Positions 22,155-32,048 of a DNA stretch of 64,000 nt are shown piece by piece. The stretch comes from Acidobacteriota bacterium (GTDB lineage Bacteria > Acidobacteriota > UBA890 > WLXD01), in contig CBDFKD010000002.1 of the NCBI GenBank assembly GCA_965248695.1, positions 1,920,001-1,984,000 of the forward strand. The letters are read 5' to 3'. The notes below the pieces were generated by a model that ran no database searches, was not told the origin of the DNA, and saw only the letters and a program-made list of their open reading frames with translations. The number at the start of each line of letters is the position of its first letter. The stretch's first letter is position 1. A program made the translations under genes and the position numbers.

Positions 22155-23459
22155 CTAGAGACGCACGAGGTGCGGCGGCGCCTCTCCGTTGGAGACGTTG
22201 CGTGTATCCACCACCAGCGTCGACGCGGCAATGACCCCGGCCCAGTCGATATCGCTGTGGTCGGTGGCGACGACCACACAGTCGACCTCGGCGCAGGCGT
22301 CGAGCAGCGCATCGACAGAGCGGAGGGGGTCGAGGCCTTCGACATTCTCGAGCGCCGGCACGAACGGGTCGTGGTACGACACCTCTGCTCCCTTGGCAGC
22401 AAGCAGCTGCATGATGTCGATGGCCGGCGATTCACGGGTGTCGTCGACGTCACGCTTGTAGGCCACTCCGATCATCAGGATCTTTGACCCGTTGAGGCTC
22501 TTGCGGTGATCGTTGAGCGCTGCCACCACCATCTGCACGATGTGCTGCGGCATCCCCGAGTTGATCTCGGAGGCAACCTCGATGAGTCGCGCCTGATAGT
22601 CGAGGGTTCGTACCTTCCAGGTCAGGTAGTGCGGGTCGATCGGGATGCAGTGGCCACCGAGGCCCGGGCCAGGATAAAACGGCATGAATCCGAACGGCTT
22701 GGTCGCGGCAGCCTGGATCACCTCCCATGTATCGATGCCGAGCCGGTCACACATCAGCGCCATCTCGTTGGCCAGACCGATGTTGACGGCGCGGAAGATG
22801 TTCTCCAGTAGCTTCACGAGCTCGGCAGCCCGAGGCGATGACACCGCGTGCACCGTACCGACGATGGTGCCGTAGAGGGCCGCGGCGACGTGCGTGCACT
22901 CAGGCGTCATACCGCCGATCACCTTGGGCGTGTTCTCGAGCGTGAAGGTCTCGTTGCCCGGGTCGATGCGCTCCGGCGAGAAGGCCAGAAAGTAATCGCG
23001 CCCGACCTCGCCGCCGTTGGTCTCGAGCCGCGGCAACAGCACTTCCTCGGTGGTCCCCGGAGAGGTGGTGCTCTCGAGCACGACGAGCACGTCGTCGTGC
23101 ATCGACTCGGCAACACGATCGGCCGCCGCTACGACGTATGAGATATCGGGGTCGCGGGTCTTGCTCAGCGGCGTCGGGACACAGATATGGACGCTGTCGG
23201 CGGTGCTGAGCACCGTCGCGTCGGTGGTCGCGTCGATGCGGCCGGCGTCAACCTGGGCACGCAGGCGCTCGGTCGCGATGTCAGGAACGTAGGATTCCCC
23301 GTTCCGGATCGCATCGACCTTGGCTTGGTCGAGATCCAGACCCGTTACCCGGAAGCCGGCCTCGGCGAAGCTCACCGCCAGCGGCAGGCCCACGTAGCCG
23401 AGGCCGATGACGCAGACGTGTGCACTGCGATCTTCGATACGGGTAAGGAGCTCGGACAT
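22155..23459 (-). CDS. UDP-N-acetylhexosamine/UDP-glucose 6-dehydrogenase (WbpA/WecC family)
   Basis: GLGYVGLP, CVPTP, ESTT, SPERIDPG, KLLEN, GLGGHCIPIDP, DDTRESP. Confidence 0.92.
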   Translation of the reverse strand: MSELLTRIEDRSAHVCVIGLGYVGLPLAVSFAEAGFRVTGLDLDQAKVDAIRNGESYVPDIATERLRAQVDAGRIDATTDATVLSTADSVHICVPTPLSKTRDPDISYVVAAADRVAESMHDDVLVVLESTTSPGTTEEVLLPRLETNGGEVGRDYFLAFSPERIDPGNETFTLENTPKVIGGMTPECTHVAAALYGTIVGTVHAVSSPRAAELVKLLENIFRAVNIGLANEMALMCDRLGIDTWEVIQAAATKPFGFMPFYPGPGLGGHCIPIDPHYLTWKVRTLDYQARLIEVASEINSGMPQHIVQMVVAALNDHRKSLNGSKILMIGVAYKRDVDDTRESPAIDIMQLLAAKGAEVSYHDPFVPALENVEGLDPLRSVDALLDACAEVDCVVVATDHSDIDWAGVIAASTLVVDTRNVSNGEAPPHLVRL

Positions 23460-23635
23460 GGAAACCGGTCGGGATTCGACAGCGCGGGCAGACAAGGGAG
23501 AGCCGGCTGGCAGTATAGGTAGCAGGCTTCGGAGTGGGCAAGCACAACATGAGACGATGCCGCAGCGCCCGGCGACAGACGATGGCGATCGTATCTGGTT
23601 TACACGCCCCACACCGGAGGTCCTGCACGGAGACG

Positions 23636-24130
23636 ATGAGGGCCTTTCTGGGACTCGGATCGAACGTCGGAAACCGCGCCGCGTGGCTGCGCCGCGGCAT
23701 CGATGGATTGCGCCACACCGGCCTCCGAATCGACCGTGTGTCCTCGTTCTATCTGACCGAGCCGGTCGGCGACCGAGAGCTCCCGTGGTTCGTCAACTGC
23801 GCCGCGGAGGTCCAGCAGCCACCGGAGCCCGGAGACCTGCTCGATGCCGCCTTGCAGGTGGAGCAGGCCTGCGGTCGACAGCGCTCTGAGTCCGTCGTTG
23901 AGGCTCGCACACTGGACGTCGACGTTCTGCTCTATGATCTTCGCGTCGTGGACGACCCCGGACTGCAGATTCCACATCCCAGAATGCACGCGCGGCGCTT
24001 CGTTCTGCGCCCGCTGGCTGAGCTAGCGCCAGATCTCGTGGACCCTGCGAGCGGCCTGCCAATCAGCGACCTGCTCTCTCGACTGGACGCCACCGAGCGG
24101 GTCTGGTTGCTGTCTCCGCCACCGGGCTAA
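23636..24130 (+). CDS. folK: 2-amino-4-hydroxy-6-hydroxymethyldihydropteridine diphosphokinase
   Basis: LGLGSNVG, RTLDVDVL, IPHPRMHARRFVLRPL. Confidence 0.95.
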   Translation: MRAFLGLGSNVGNRAAWLRRGIDGLRHTGLRIDRVSSFYLTEPVGDRELPWFVNCAAEVQQPPEPGDLLDAALQVEQACGRQRSESVVEARTLDVDVLLYDLRVVDDPGLQIPHPRMHARRFVLRPLAELAPDLVDPASGLPISDLLSRLDATERVWLLSPPPG

Positions 24131-24765
24131 TGCGCAAGAACTACCTGGCCCTGGACGGCCCTATCGGCGTAGGCAAAACCAGCCTGGTGAACTTGATGGT
24201 AGAGCACCTCGGGGCCACGAAGATCCTCGAGGATCCCGAAAATCCGTTCCTGGAGTCGTTCTACCAAGAGAAAACCGGGGCGGCGTTCCAGGCCCAGCTG
24301 TACTACCTGCTGTCTAGATTCCAGCTGCTGACCGAGGCGCGCCAGAGTGATCTGTTCTCGCGCTTCACGGTGGCCGATTTCACCCTGCAAAAGGACCAGG
24401 TCTTCGCGCATCTGACGCTGACTGACAGCGAGCTGCTGCTGTACGACAAGCTCTACGGTGTGCTCTCGCCGCAGGTGCCAAAGCCCGACCTGATCGTCTA
24501 TCTGCAAGGCTCTACCGAGGTGCTCTTGCAGCGCGTCAAGATGCGAAATCGTCCCGAGGAGCGCAGTCTGTCGCGCGACTACCTGGAGGAGGTGAACCAG
24601 GCCTACGCGCACTACTACCTGCAATACGACGAATCGCCCTTGCTGGTGATCAACACCACCGAGATCGACTTCGTCGAGGATGCCGACGACTTCGACGACC
24701 TCATGGCACAAATCGACGCCATGGAAGCCGGCCGGCAGGTGTATGTACCGCGCCGCATCCGCTAG
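24130..24765 (+). CDS. Deoxynucleoside kinase
   Basis: GPIGVGKTS P-loop, NPFLESFY, PDLIVYL; standard folK neighbour. Confidence 0.92.
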   Translation: MRKNYLALDGPIGVGKTSLVNLMVEHLGATKILEDPENPFLESFYQEKTGAAFQAQLYYLLSRFQLLTEARQSDLFSRFTVADFTLQKDQVFAHLTLTDSELLLYDKLYGVLSPQVPKPDLIVYLQGSTEVLLQRVKMRNRPEERSLSRDYLEEVNQAYAHYYLQYDESPLLVINTTEIDFVEDADDFDDLMAQIDAMEAGRQVYVPRRIR

Positions 24766-24793
24766 CGGCATCGACCGCGGGCCTTAGCCAGAT

Positions 24794-24813
24794 TGTAAGG
24801 ATGTGTAAGGATG
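24794..24813 (+). promoter_or_regulatory. Tandem direct repeat, candidate OmpR/PhoB-family regulator box
   Basis: TGTAAGGATG x2 (GTAAG-N5-GTAAG) upstream of the DUF5916 gene. Confidence 0.4.
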
Positions 24814-24889
24814 GATCATCCGCCGGCGCGCCCCATGGTAGGCTCCGCCGCGCCGCAGATCCCTGAGCAAGAAGGTCCCGCTCAGAGCA

Positions 24890-27097
24890 ATGGCCTCCCT
24901 CCCCTGCCTGACGATGACGATCGCCATTGGCGCGCCGCGCGCGCTCCTGACGCCGGGCTCCTCCTCGATCCACCTCGCCGTGGTCGGCCTAGTGTTGACG
25001 CTCGTCGCCGCGCCAGCCGGCGCGCAGTCGTCCTCCCGTACGCTGGAGGCTCTGGTCATCGACGAACCGGTAGCGCTCGATGGGCACCTCGACGAGCCGT
25101 TCTGGCAACTCGCGGAGACGGCCACCGGTTTCGAGCAGCGCAATCCCGACACCGGGCAGCCTGCAAACGAGCGCACCGAAGTGCGAATCGCACGCGATAG
25201 CAACCGTCTCTATGTCGCCGTGATGGCCTTCCACGACGACCCCGGAACGATCGTCGCCAAGGAGCTACAGCGCGACGGCTCGGGCTCGTTCGGCGGCTTC
25301 CGGGGCGCCCAGGGCGCCTACGGCAACGACGACTCGATCGTCATCGTCCTCGACACTTTCCTCGACCGGCGCAATGCCTTCTATTTCGAGACCAACCCCA
25401 ACGGCGCCCGCGCCGATGCGCTGATCGAGAACGAGGACAACCCCAACTTCGAGTGGGACGGCGTCTGGGACGCCGCTGCCACACGCACGCCCGAGGGGTG
25501 GAGCGCCGAGCTCTCGATTCCGTTCTCCACCCTGCGGTTCGATCCCGGCACCGACACCTGGGGCTTGAACCTCCGCCGGCTCGTCCGGGCCACCAATGAA
25601 GAGGTTCTGTGGGCCCCGGTAGGACGCGACGCCAACCTGCCGCGCATGTCCTTGGCCGGCGACCTCACCGGCATGGGGGGCCTCGAGCCAGGCGTTAACG
25701 TGCGCGCCAAGCCTTTCGGCGTCGCCACCAGCGGACGCGATTTCGAGACCCCGGCCGACAGTCAAGGCGAGCAGTTCGACGGCGGCCTCGACCTGCTGCG
25801 CTGGGGCGTCAGCAACAGCATGACGCTCGACCTCACCGCCAACACCGACTTCGCCCAGGCGGAAGCCGATGACGAGCGCATAAACCTCACCCGGTTCTCA
25901 CTCTTCTTCCCCGAAAAGCGCGAGTTCTTCCTGGAGAACGCCGGGATCTTCGGTTTCGGTCCCAATCAGGGCCGGGGTGGCGGCATGCGCGGACCATCGC
26001 TGCAGATGTTCTTCTCGCGGCGCATCGGCCTCGATCAAGGCGGCATCATCCCGTTGCAGGCGGGAGCCCGCTTTACCGGTCGGGCCGGAGGCTGGAACTT
26101 CGGGATGCTCGACGTACAGACCAGCGCGGTCAGCGGTCTCGGCGACGACGGCGACATCGACGTGGCGGCGACCAACTGGGGCGTCGGGCGCATCAAACGC
26201 AACGTTGGCGAACGCTCCAGCATCGGCGCGATCTTCACCAACAAGCAGGTCAGCGGCGACGAATGGAACCGCGTCGTCGGCTTCGACGCCGACATCAACC
26301 CCTCGCGTCAGGTAAACCTCACCGGGTTCTTCGCCGCTAGCCGCGACAAAGCAACAGGGGTCGATACAGTCACCGATTGGGCCGGCGGCGCCGGCTTCAA
26401 CTACCGCGGTCGAATATGGCGGGCGCGCGCCAGCGTCAGCGAGATCGGCGAGAACTTCCGACCGGAGATGGGATTATTGCAGCGCGGCGGAGTCCGCCGC
26501 TACGACTACAATGTCGACTTCGAGCCGCGACCAGCGAACAACCTCGGCTGGCGCAACCTGACGTTCAATCAGCGGACATCGATGGTCACACGGTCGGATG
26601 GCACGGTCGAGTCCGTTGACGCGACCGTGCGATTCTTCGGCTTCGAGACCCGTGCCGGCGACCGCATCTCGTTATTCGCCAGCCACAACTTCGAGCGGCT
26701 CTTCGAGGAGTTCGAGATCCAGGATGGAATCATCATCCCGGCCGGCGACTACAGTTTTAACGATGTCGGCGTGTTCCTGCGCATCGACGGTAGCCGGTCG
26801 GTCTCGTTTTTCGGCTTCTACACCAAAGGTGCATTCTTCGGCGGCACGCGCCTCATGGGCAACAGTACGCTGACCCTGCGCCTGAGCAAGTTGCTGTCGG
26901 CCGAGAGCGTCTGGAGCTACAACTACGTCGACCTTCCCGCCGGCTCCTTCAAGGCCAGCGTCCAAACAGTGTACAACAGCGACCAGACAACGGGGAAGCT
27001 CAAGACCACCGCCACCCCGACCGAAATCAACCGGATTGGTCGAGATGAGCTCATCAGGTACCCGCATCCTGGTGGATCAGCGCTGTCCGTTGCCTAG
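24890..27097 (+). pseudogene. DUF5916-type outer-membrane protein (CBM9-like N-domain plus beta-barrel), truncated by an inversion; the last ~44 aa are out of context
   Basis: Signal peptide, LDGHLDEPFW, WSAELSIPFSTLRF, NTDFAQAEAD, RFSLFFPEKREFFLE, FFSRRIG; barrel-like sequence stops at ...SFKASV (26962). Confidence 0.85.
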
Positions 27098-27460
27098 TGT
27101 CGTGCGAGCTCTCGTAGCTCGGGGCACACACCCAGGGCTAGGTCACTGGGGCCGGCGACGTAGATAGCGTACTGCGTCGCGCACACATTCGGACCTACCC
27201 ACGTGGCGGTGTGTCTCAGCGACGGCGCGGAACCTAGAGCATCAGCAGGTAGGTGAACTTCAGGATGATCGCGCGGTTCTTCGGTCGGCTCGGCGTGCCG
27301 GTGCCCCAGTCCTGGTTGTAGACCAGGAACAGGTCGGCGCCGGGTCGGTAGATCCAGTTGAGGCGCGAGTTCAAAGTCAGCAGATCGACCGAGCTGTTGT
27401 ACTGCACCAGCGTGTTCCAGAACAGGTCGGGTGAGAACGCCAGCTTGATGCGCTCGCGCA
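26964..27460. other. Inverted 497-bp segment carrying the 3' end of the DUF5916 gene and the 5' end of the next gene
   Basis: Reverse-complementing this interval restores both reading frames (see findings). Confidence 0.9.
27234..27460 (-). pseudogene. Displaced C-terminus of the DUF5916 protein
   Basis: (L)RERIKLAFSPDLFWNTLVQYNSSVDLLTLNSRLNWIYRPGADLFLVYNQDWGTGTPSRPKNRAIILKFTYLLML*, alternating beta-strands typical of a barrel C-terminus. Confidence 0.9.
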
Positions 27461-28863
27461 GCTCTGCTGGCGAGCGTCTCTCGTTGGAGCACGAATTCGG
27501 ACTCGCTCGCGGCGCGGCGATCGGCGCCGATACTTGGTCCTATGAACTTCTCGATCCGACGCCGAAGACTCTTCGGGCTTTGGTGAGGCACCCATCTGTC
27601 GAGGACACACACGGGTTCGACCGAGCCTCTCCGAGCCCGCTGGCGCACGGACCGAACGTCCCGGGTCGATCGCTCGTAGTCACGCTGTTGCTTTGGAGCT
27701 CCGCATTCGTGGGTTTCCACATGATTCGACTCGCTACCGTTCGGTACCCGCCGGAACGCAAGACAAATGGAAACGTGGCTCGCAGCTTCGTCGACATTGC
27801 TGCCGTAGGCTGGCGTGCCGCGCAAAGGCGGCGGGCCTTCATACTGAACGTCGCTGTATGGATCGTTTCAGTCGCGATTGTCGGGTCCATCGGTTGGTCG
27901 TCGCGGTCGCCGTTGCCGAGCGCATGGCCCGGGCGACGGTTCGGGTATCGCGTGACGACGGTGCAGACAATGAGGTTCACGACGATCCTGCCCGCGGATC
28001 AAAGGATCTTCGTTCCCGACAACGACATGCATCAGGTCGCCGTCTCCCCGGACGGAACCCATCTGGTGTATGGGGCCAATCGTCAACCGCGCGTTCGAGC
28101 TCTCTACGACGACACAGCCGTGCCGCTCACGGCGATCGAAGGGGGTCGAGGGTTCCTTTTCTCCCCGGACGGGAAGTGGATCGCTCTCTGGCGGGGGGGA
28201 GAGCTGACGAGAGTCGCCGTTGCCGGCGGTCCTGCGACCGTGTTGTGCTCTGCCGAGACCATGCTCGGGGCGACGTAGAGCGACGACGACACGATTCTCT
28301 TCGCGCAGTCCGCAGGTATCATGCGCGTCTCGAGCAACGGGGGCGCGCCCGAGTTGCTCGTGCCGGTCGTTGATGGGGAGCAAATGCGCCAACCGCAAAT
28401 GCTCCCCGAAGGTCAAACGCTCCTCTTCACTCTTCTTCCGGCCGGATCAACTTGGAGCAACGCACAAACCGTGGTGCAATCGCTCGATACCGGTGAGCGA
28501 CTCATTCTGTTCGAGGGGTTGGACACCCGCTACGTTGCGTCCGGGCACCTAGCGTACGTGCACGACGGGTCCCTGTTTGCCGTTCCGTTCGATGCCGACC
28601 GATTGGTTCTCACCGGAAGCCCGACGGTCCTCGTCGACCGGATAGTATGGAGTACTGAAACTGGGGCGGCCATGTTTGCGGTGTCGGACGCCGGCATCCT
28701 TGCGTATGCGCGCGGCGAGTCAGGCTCGACTCACCATTCTCTGGGCGGAGTCCAAGGTGGTGGCAATGAGGAGGCACTCGACTCGTCGCCAGGCGAGCTT
28801 GAACCGCCCGATGCGATTCATTTCGTGTTGAACTGGACTTCGGTTCTCCAGAATCGGGAGTAG
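27461..28863 (+). pseudogene. Membrane protein with PD40/TolB-like propeller; 5' end displaced by the inversion, in-frame TAG at 28276-28278
   Basis: VAVSPDGTHLVY, FSPDGKWIA, GAT*SDDDTILFA (Trp position), C-terminal IHFVLNW; ORFs 27358-28278 and 28321-28863 share one frame. Confidence 0.75.
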
Positions 28864-28911
28864 AGCCCCGTCTGACTCTGCCTCGGCTCCGGAGTGTCCG
28901 GACACTAGTGG

Positions 28912-29733
28912 ATGCAAGATGCGATGCCGCAAGTAAGACAATTGCTTCTCGTTCCCATTGCCCTCTTTGCGGCCCTGTCCGCCCTTCTTGTTCTGCACGC
29001 TCCCTCGAGAGCCTACGTCTACAGAGAGCTCAGCTATCAGCTCATTGCCGACAGATTCGGCTCGGCAGAGGACGTGCGGCAATTCGTTTACGAAAACGCC
29101 TCGTACGAAAAGGCCAGTCAAGCGTGGCCGATGGACAGCGAGGTCGTTGTGTACTCCGACTCCTGGTACTACTTCGAGCGCGGCATGGCGTGGTGTGACC
29201 AGGTATCTGTGGCGATGGGAACGTTGCTGGCGAAGAAAGGTGCCGAGTCCGTCGTCACCTACTACATCGACAAGGAAACAGGGGTTTCCCCTCATACGAT
29301 CTTGTTCCAGTTGGCGAGTAATGAAGAAGACCAAGCGGTTTCCGGTTGGTATGACCCGTTGGTGGAGAAGGGGCTACTTCTTCCGTTGGAAGGCTATGAC
29401 CTCAGACCTGTCATGAATATCGACTCCACATGGATCGACGACGCAACCGGTCTCATTCCTCACAGCTTCATCTACCTGTACCAGGACTTCTATCTCTGGA
29501 TGCTTGGGCCGCAGGCTCCTAGCCTGACCGACTCGACGAGACACCACGGCCCGCCGAAGATGGAGTCCGACCCGGAGCTCGTGTTGTATTACAAAGCTAG
29601 GAACTACCAGCTATACGGCAGAATGAGGAAGGCTCAGCAGTACTACGAGCTACTCGCTCCTGGCGAGCTGGCCCGTCGGATACATGCCATGATGCCTACC
29701 GCTGACAGTCCTCCAGACGAAAGTAGTATGTGA
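28912..29733 (+). CDS. Hypothetical exported protein, possible transglutaminase-like Cys-His-Asp fold
   Basis: Signal/TM N-terminus; AWCDQ...PHT...WYDP spacing; visibly lower GC than its neighbours. Confidence 0.55.
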   Translation: MQDAMPQVRQLLLVPIALFAALSALLVLHAPSRAYVYRELSYQLIADRFGSAEDVRQFVYENASYEKASQAWPMDSEVVVYSDSWYYFERGMAWCDQVSVAMGTLLAKKGAESVVTYYIDKETGVSPHTILFQLASNEEDQAVSGWYDPLVEKGLLLPLEGYDLRPVMNIDSTWIDDATGLIPHSFIYLYQDFYLWMLGPQAPSLTDSTRHHGPPKMESDPELVLYYKARNYQLYGRMRKAQQYYELLAPGELARRIHAMMPTADSPPDESSM

Positions 29734-29769
29734 ATTCATCGTTCGACGGACTGTCTCGTGCCACCAGCG

Positions 29770-30549
29770 CTATGCGAGACGGGGCGGCAGGTGGATGATG
29801 AACTCGATGCGCGGCTGGATGAGCACGTTGTAGGGGTCACCCTGCTCCGCCAGCGGCACGACGCCGAGACGATCCAGCAGGTCGAAGTGCGCTGATCGAC
29901 ATGTAGCCGTGGTCACCTGCATGCGTTCGTGCCACACGCTGTAGGCTCCCAGGTGACCGTCGCGGCGGTAGTAGTAGCCGCGCAGTGGGTGGGTCAGCAC
30001 CGTGAGCGCGGTGTCGCGGTCGGCGAAACCGGGAAAGTCTGATGCCACCGCGCCGTGATGATCGAGCTCGAGCTCGGCCGGCGCCCAGCCGCCGACGGTG
30101 GTCATGCGATACTGAGCGTAGGTGTCGTCGGTGTCGAGCTGGCAATCGAATTCGATGCGTCCCCAGTGCCAGGGCAAGCGCCACAGATAGCGCGGCACAT
30201 AGACGGTGAGCGAGTGCAGCGTCGTACCGAGAAACCAGGCGGAGCGCTCGCCGGTGTCGCGGTCGCGGACGTAGACACGATAGTTGGTCTGCGCGAAGCG
30301 GAAGCGCGGGGTCGGGAAGGCGGCGGCGCGGAAGTCGACGTCCTCGAACGGGACCACGGATACCAGTGCTCGCTCCTCGCCACCGAGGTGTACGCAATCG
30401 AGCTCGAAGCGCTCGTGCACCAGCGGGCGGAGTCGTGCCGGGTCGACGGCGTAGGTCACCACGGCAAAGTGCTGCAGTGTGGTGACGGCGTCGATGCCGC
30501 TGACTGCCGGGCGCGTGCTCCCCGCGGCAGGTTCCGAGTCACGCCTCAT
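29770..30549 (-). CDS. DUF2071 (YqjF-like) protein
   Basis: HFAVVTYAVDP..LRP, ALVSVVPF, QTNYRVYV, WFLG, LWRLPW; start overlaps the TerC stop. Confidence 0.75.
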   Translation of the reverse strand: MRRDSEPAAGSTRPAVSGIDAVTTLQHFAVVTYAVDPARLRPLVHERFELDCVHLGGEERALVSVVPFEDVDFRAAAFPTPRFRFAQTNYRVYVRDRDTGERSAWFLGTTLHSLTVYVPRYLWRLPWHWGRIEFDCQLDTDDTYAQYRMTTVGGWAPAELELDHHGAVASDFPGFADRDTALTVLTHPLRGYYYRRDGHLGAYSVWHERMQVTTATCRSAHFDLLDRLGVVPLAEQGDPYNVLIQPRIEFIIHLPPRLA

Positions 30550-31322
30550 GTCAGGTGAGTGCGCTCCGCCAGCAGCTTCTTCTGATAGCGACTCTGTACG
30601 ACATCGGTCAACACCAGCACCCCGATGACGAAGTAGAACGTCGTCTTGCTCATCGGCGTGACCTCGTTGCCGAGCAGCCGGAGGTGCGCCAGATGGCCGC
30701 CCTCCGACAACAGCATGATGCCGACCACGAAGAGAATGAACAGCCCCAGCACCTCGTACATGCGGTTGCGCTGCAGGAAGGTCGCGACGCTGTCGGCGAG
30801 CACGATCATCATCAGCCCGCCGATGACGATCGCCGTAGCCATGACCCAGAAGACGTCGGTGAGCGCCATGGCGCCCAGGATCGAGTCGAAGGAGAACACC
30901 AGGTTCATCGCCACGATCCACAGCACGACGGTGGCCAGCGGCCGCTCACCGCGCTCTTGGTGCTCCAGATCGTCGACTGCGACCATATGCAGAATCTCTT
31001 TGGTGGCGGTGTAGATGATGAAGGCGCCGCCGAGCAGCACGATGATGCTGTGGAAGTTGAGCTCGGCCTCGACCCATCCGCTGCGCTGCAGGCTGAGGAT
31101 GGGCGCCTGGAAAACACGGATCATGCTGGTCAGCGCGAACAGCAGAACGATGCGCAGCAGGATGGCGATGCCGATACCCCAGCGTCGAACCGACGCCCGA
31201 CGGCCGGCAGGCGCCCGCTTCGACTCGAGAGCGATGTACAGCATGTTGTCGAAACCCAGCACGCCCTGAAGCAGGGTCAACAGCCCCAGGGTCACGAGGT
31301 TCTCGAGGCTGAAGATCTCCAT
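30546..31322 (-). CDS. TerC-family integral membrane protein
   Basis: VLGFDN, NLVFSFDSIL motifs; about 7 TM segments. Confidence 0.9.
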   Translation of the reverse strand: MEIFSLENLVTLGLLTLLQGVLGFDNMLYIALESKRAPAGRRASVRRWGIGIAILLRIVLLFALTSMIRVFQAPILSLQRSGWVEAELNFHSIIVLLGGAFIIYTATKEILHMVAVDDLEHQERGERPLATVVLWIVAMNLVFSFDSILGAMALTDVFWVMATAIVIGGLMMIVLADSVATFLQRNRMYEVLGLFILFVVGIMLLSEGGHLAHLRLLGNEVTPMSKTTFYFVIGVLVLTDVVQSRYQKKLLAERTHLT

Positions 31323-31351
31323 CCGTCACTCCATGATTGTTCGAGAGGGCA

Positions 31352-31969
31352 TCAGGACGATGACCCGGGATTGGTGGGATTCACCGGCCGACGGGCGCGC
31401 ACCAGCATCACATCGGATTCGAAGTCGCCCTCCGGACAACCGATCGTCCGGCGGCTGACCTCACTGCGCTCGAGCACCAGAGAGCTGAGCGACGCCTCGA
31501 CCCCTTCCGGCGCGGCGAGAAGCTCCGCCGGCAGCCCCGCTTCGGCCGGGTTCAGCGGCGGCGGGATGCCGATGAGCAGCAGCACGCCCCCCGGTGCCAG
31601 CGCCGCGGCCGCGCTTGTCAGCGTGCGCCCGCGAAGGTCGGCGGGCAAGTACAGATAGCAGACGAGCACCAGATCGAAGACAGCCTCGGTGCGATAATCG
31701 ACAATGTCCGCCACCTCGCCGGACACCGTCAGGGACTCGGCGGCGGCGAGCTTTGCGAGAGTATCGATCGCCGCGGGCGACTGGTCGACCGCGGTCACCC
31801 GCCAACCCCGGCGCGCCAGCCAGAGGCTGTTGGCACCCTCTCCGGCGCCGAGATCCAGCGCCCGCCCGGCGGTCAGCCCTGCCGCCTCTTCCACCAGATC
31901 GCTGTCGGGTCGCGTCCACGGGTGCTCGTTGGCGGCGTAGTACGCATCCCACTGGCGCCCGTCTATCAT
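31352..31969 (-). CDS. Class I SAM-dependent methyltransferase (TehB-like)
   Basis: ALDLGAGEGANSLWLARRGWRVTAVD, FDLV, LAPGG. Confidence 0.88.
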   Translation of the reverse strand: MIDGRQWDAYYAANEHPWTRPDSDLVEEAAGLTAGRALDLGAGEGANSLWLARRGWRVTAVDQSPAAIDTLAKLAAAESLTVSGEVADIVDYRTEAVFDLVLVCYLYLPADLRGRTLTSAAAALAPGGVLLLIGIPPPLNPAEAGLPAELLAAPEGVEASLSSLVLERSEVSRRTIGCPEGDFESDVMLVRARRPVNPTNPGSSS

Positions 31970-32048
31970 TGCGGCGCCGACTCGAGATTCCTGCCCTGAC
32001 GTGCGTCGTTCGCGGCGAATCCCCCAGAGCGCACGGGGCGGCGACGCC

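Noticed and set aside
26954-27471. GCCAGC inverted pair as the exact crossover site of the inversion
   Set aside because: Crossover there shifts the restored DUF5916 frame by one base; only the 26963/26964 and 27460/27461 junctions (plus or minus the 1-bp overlap) restore both genes.
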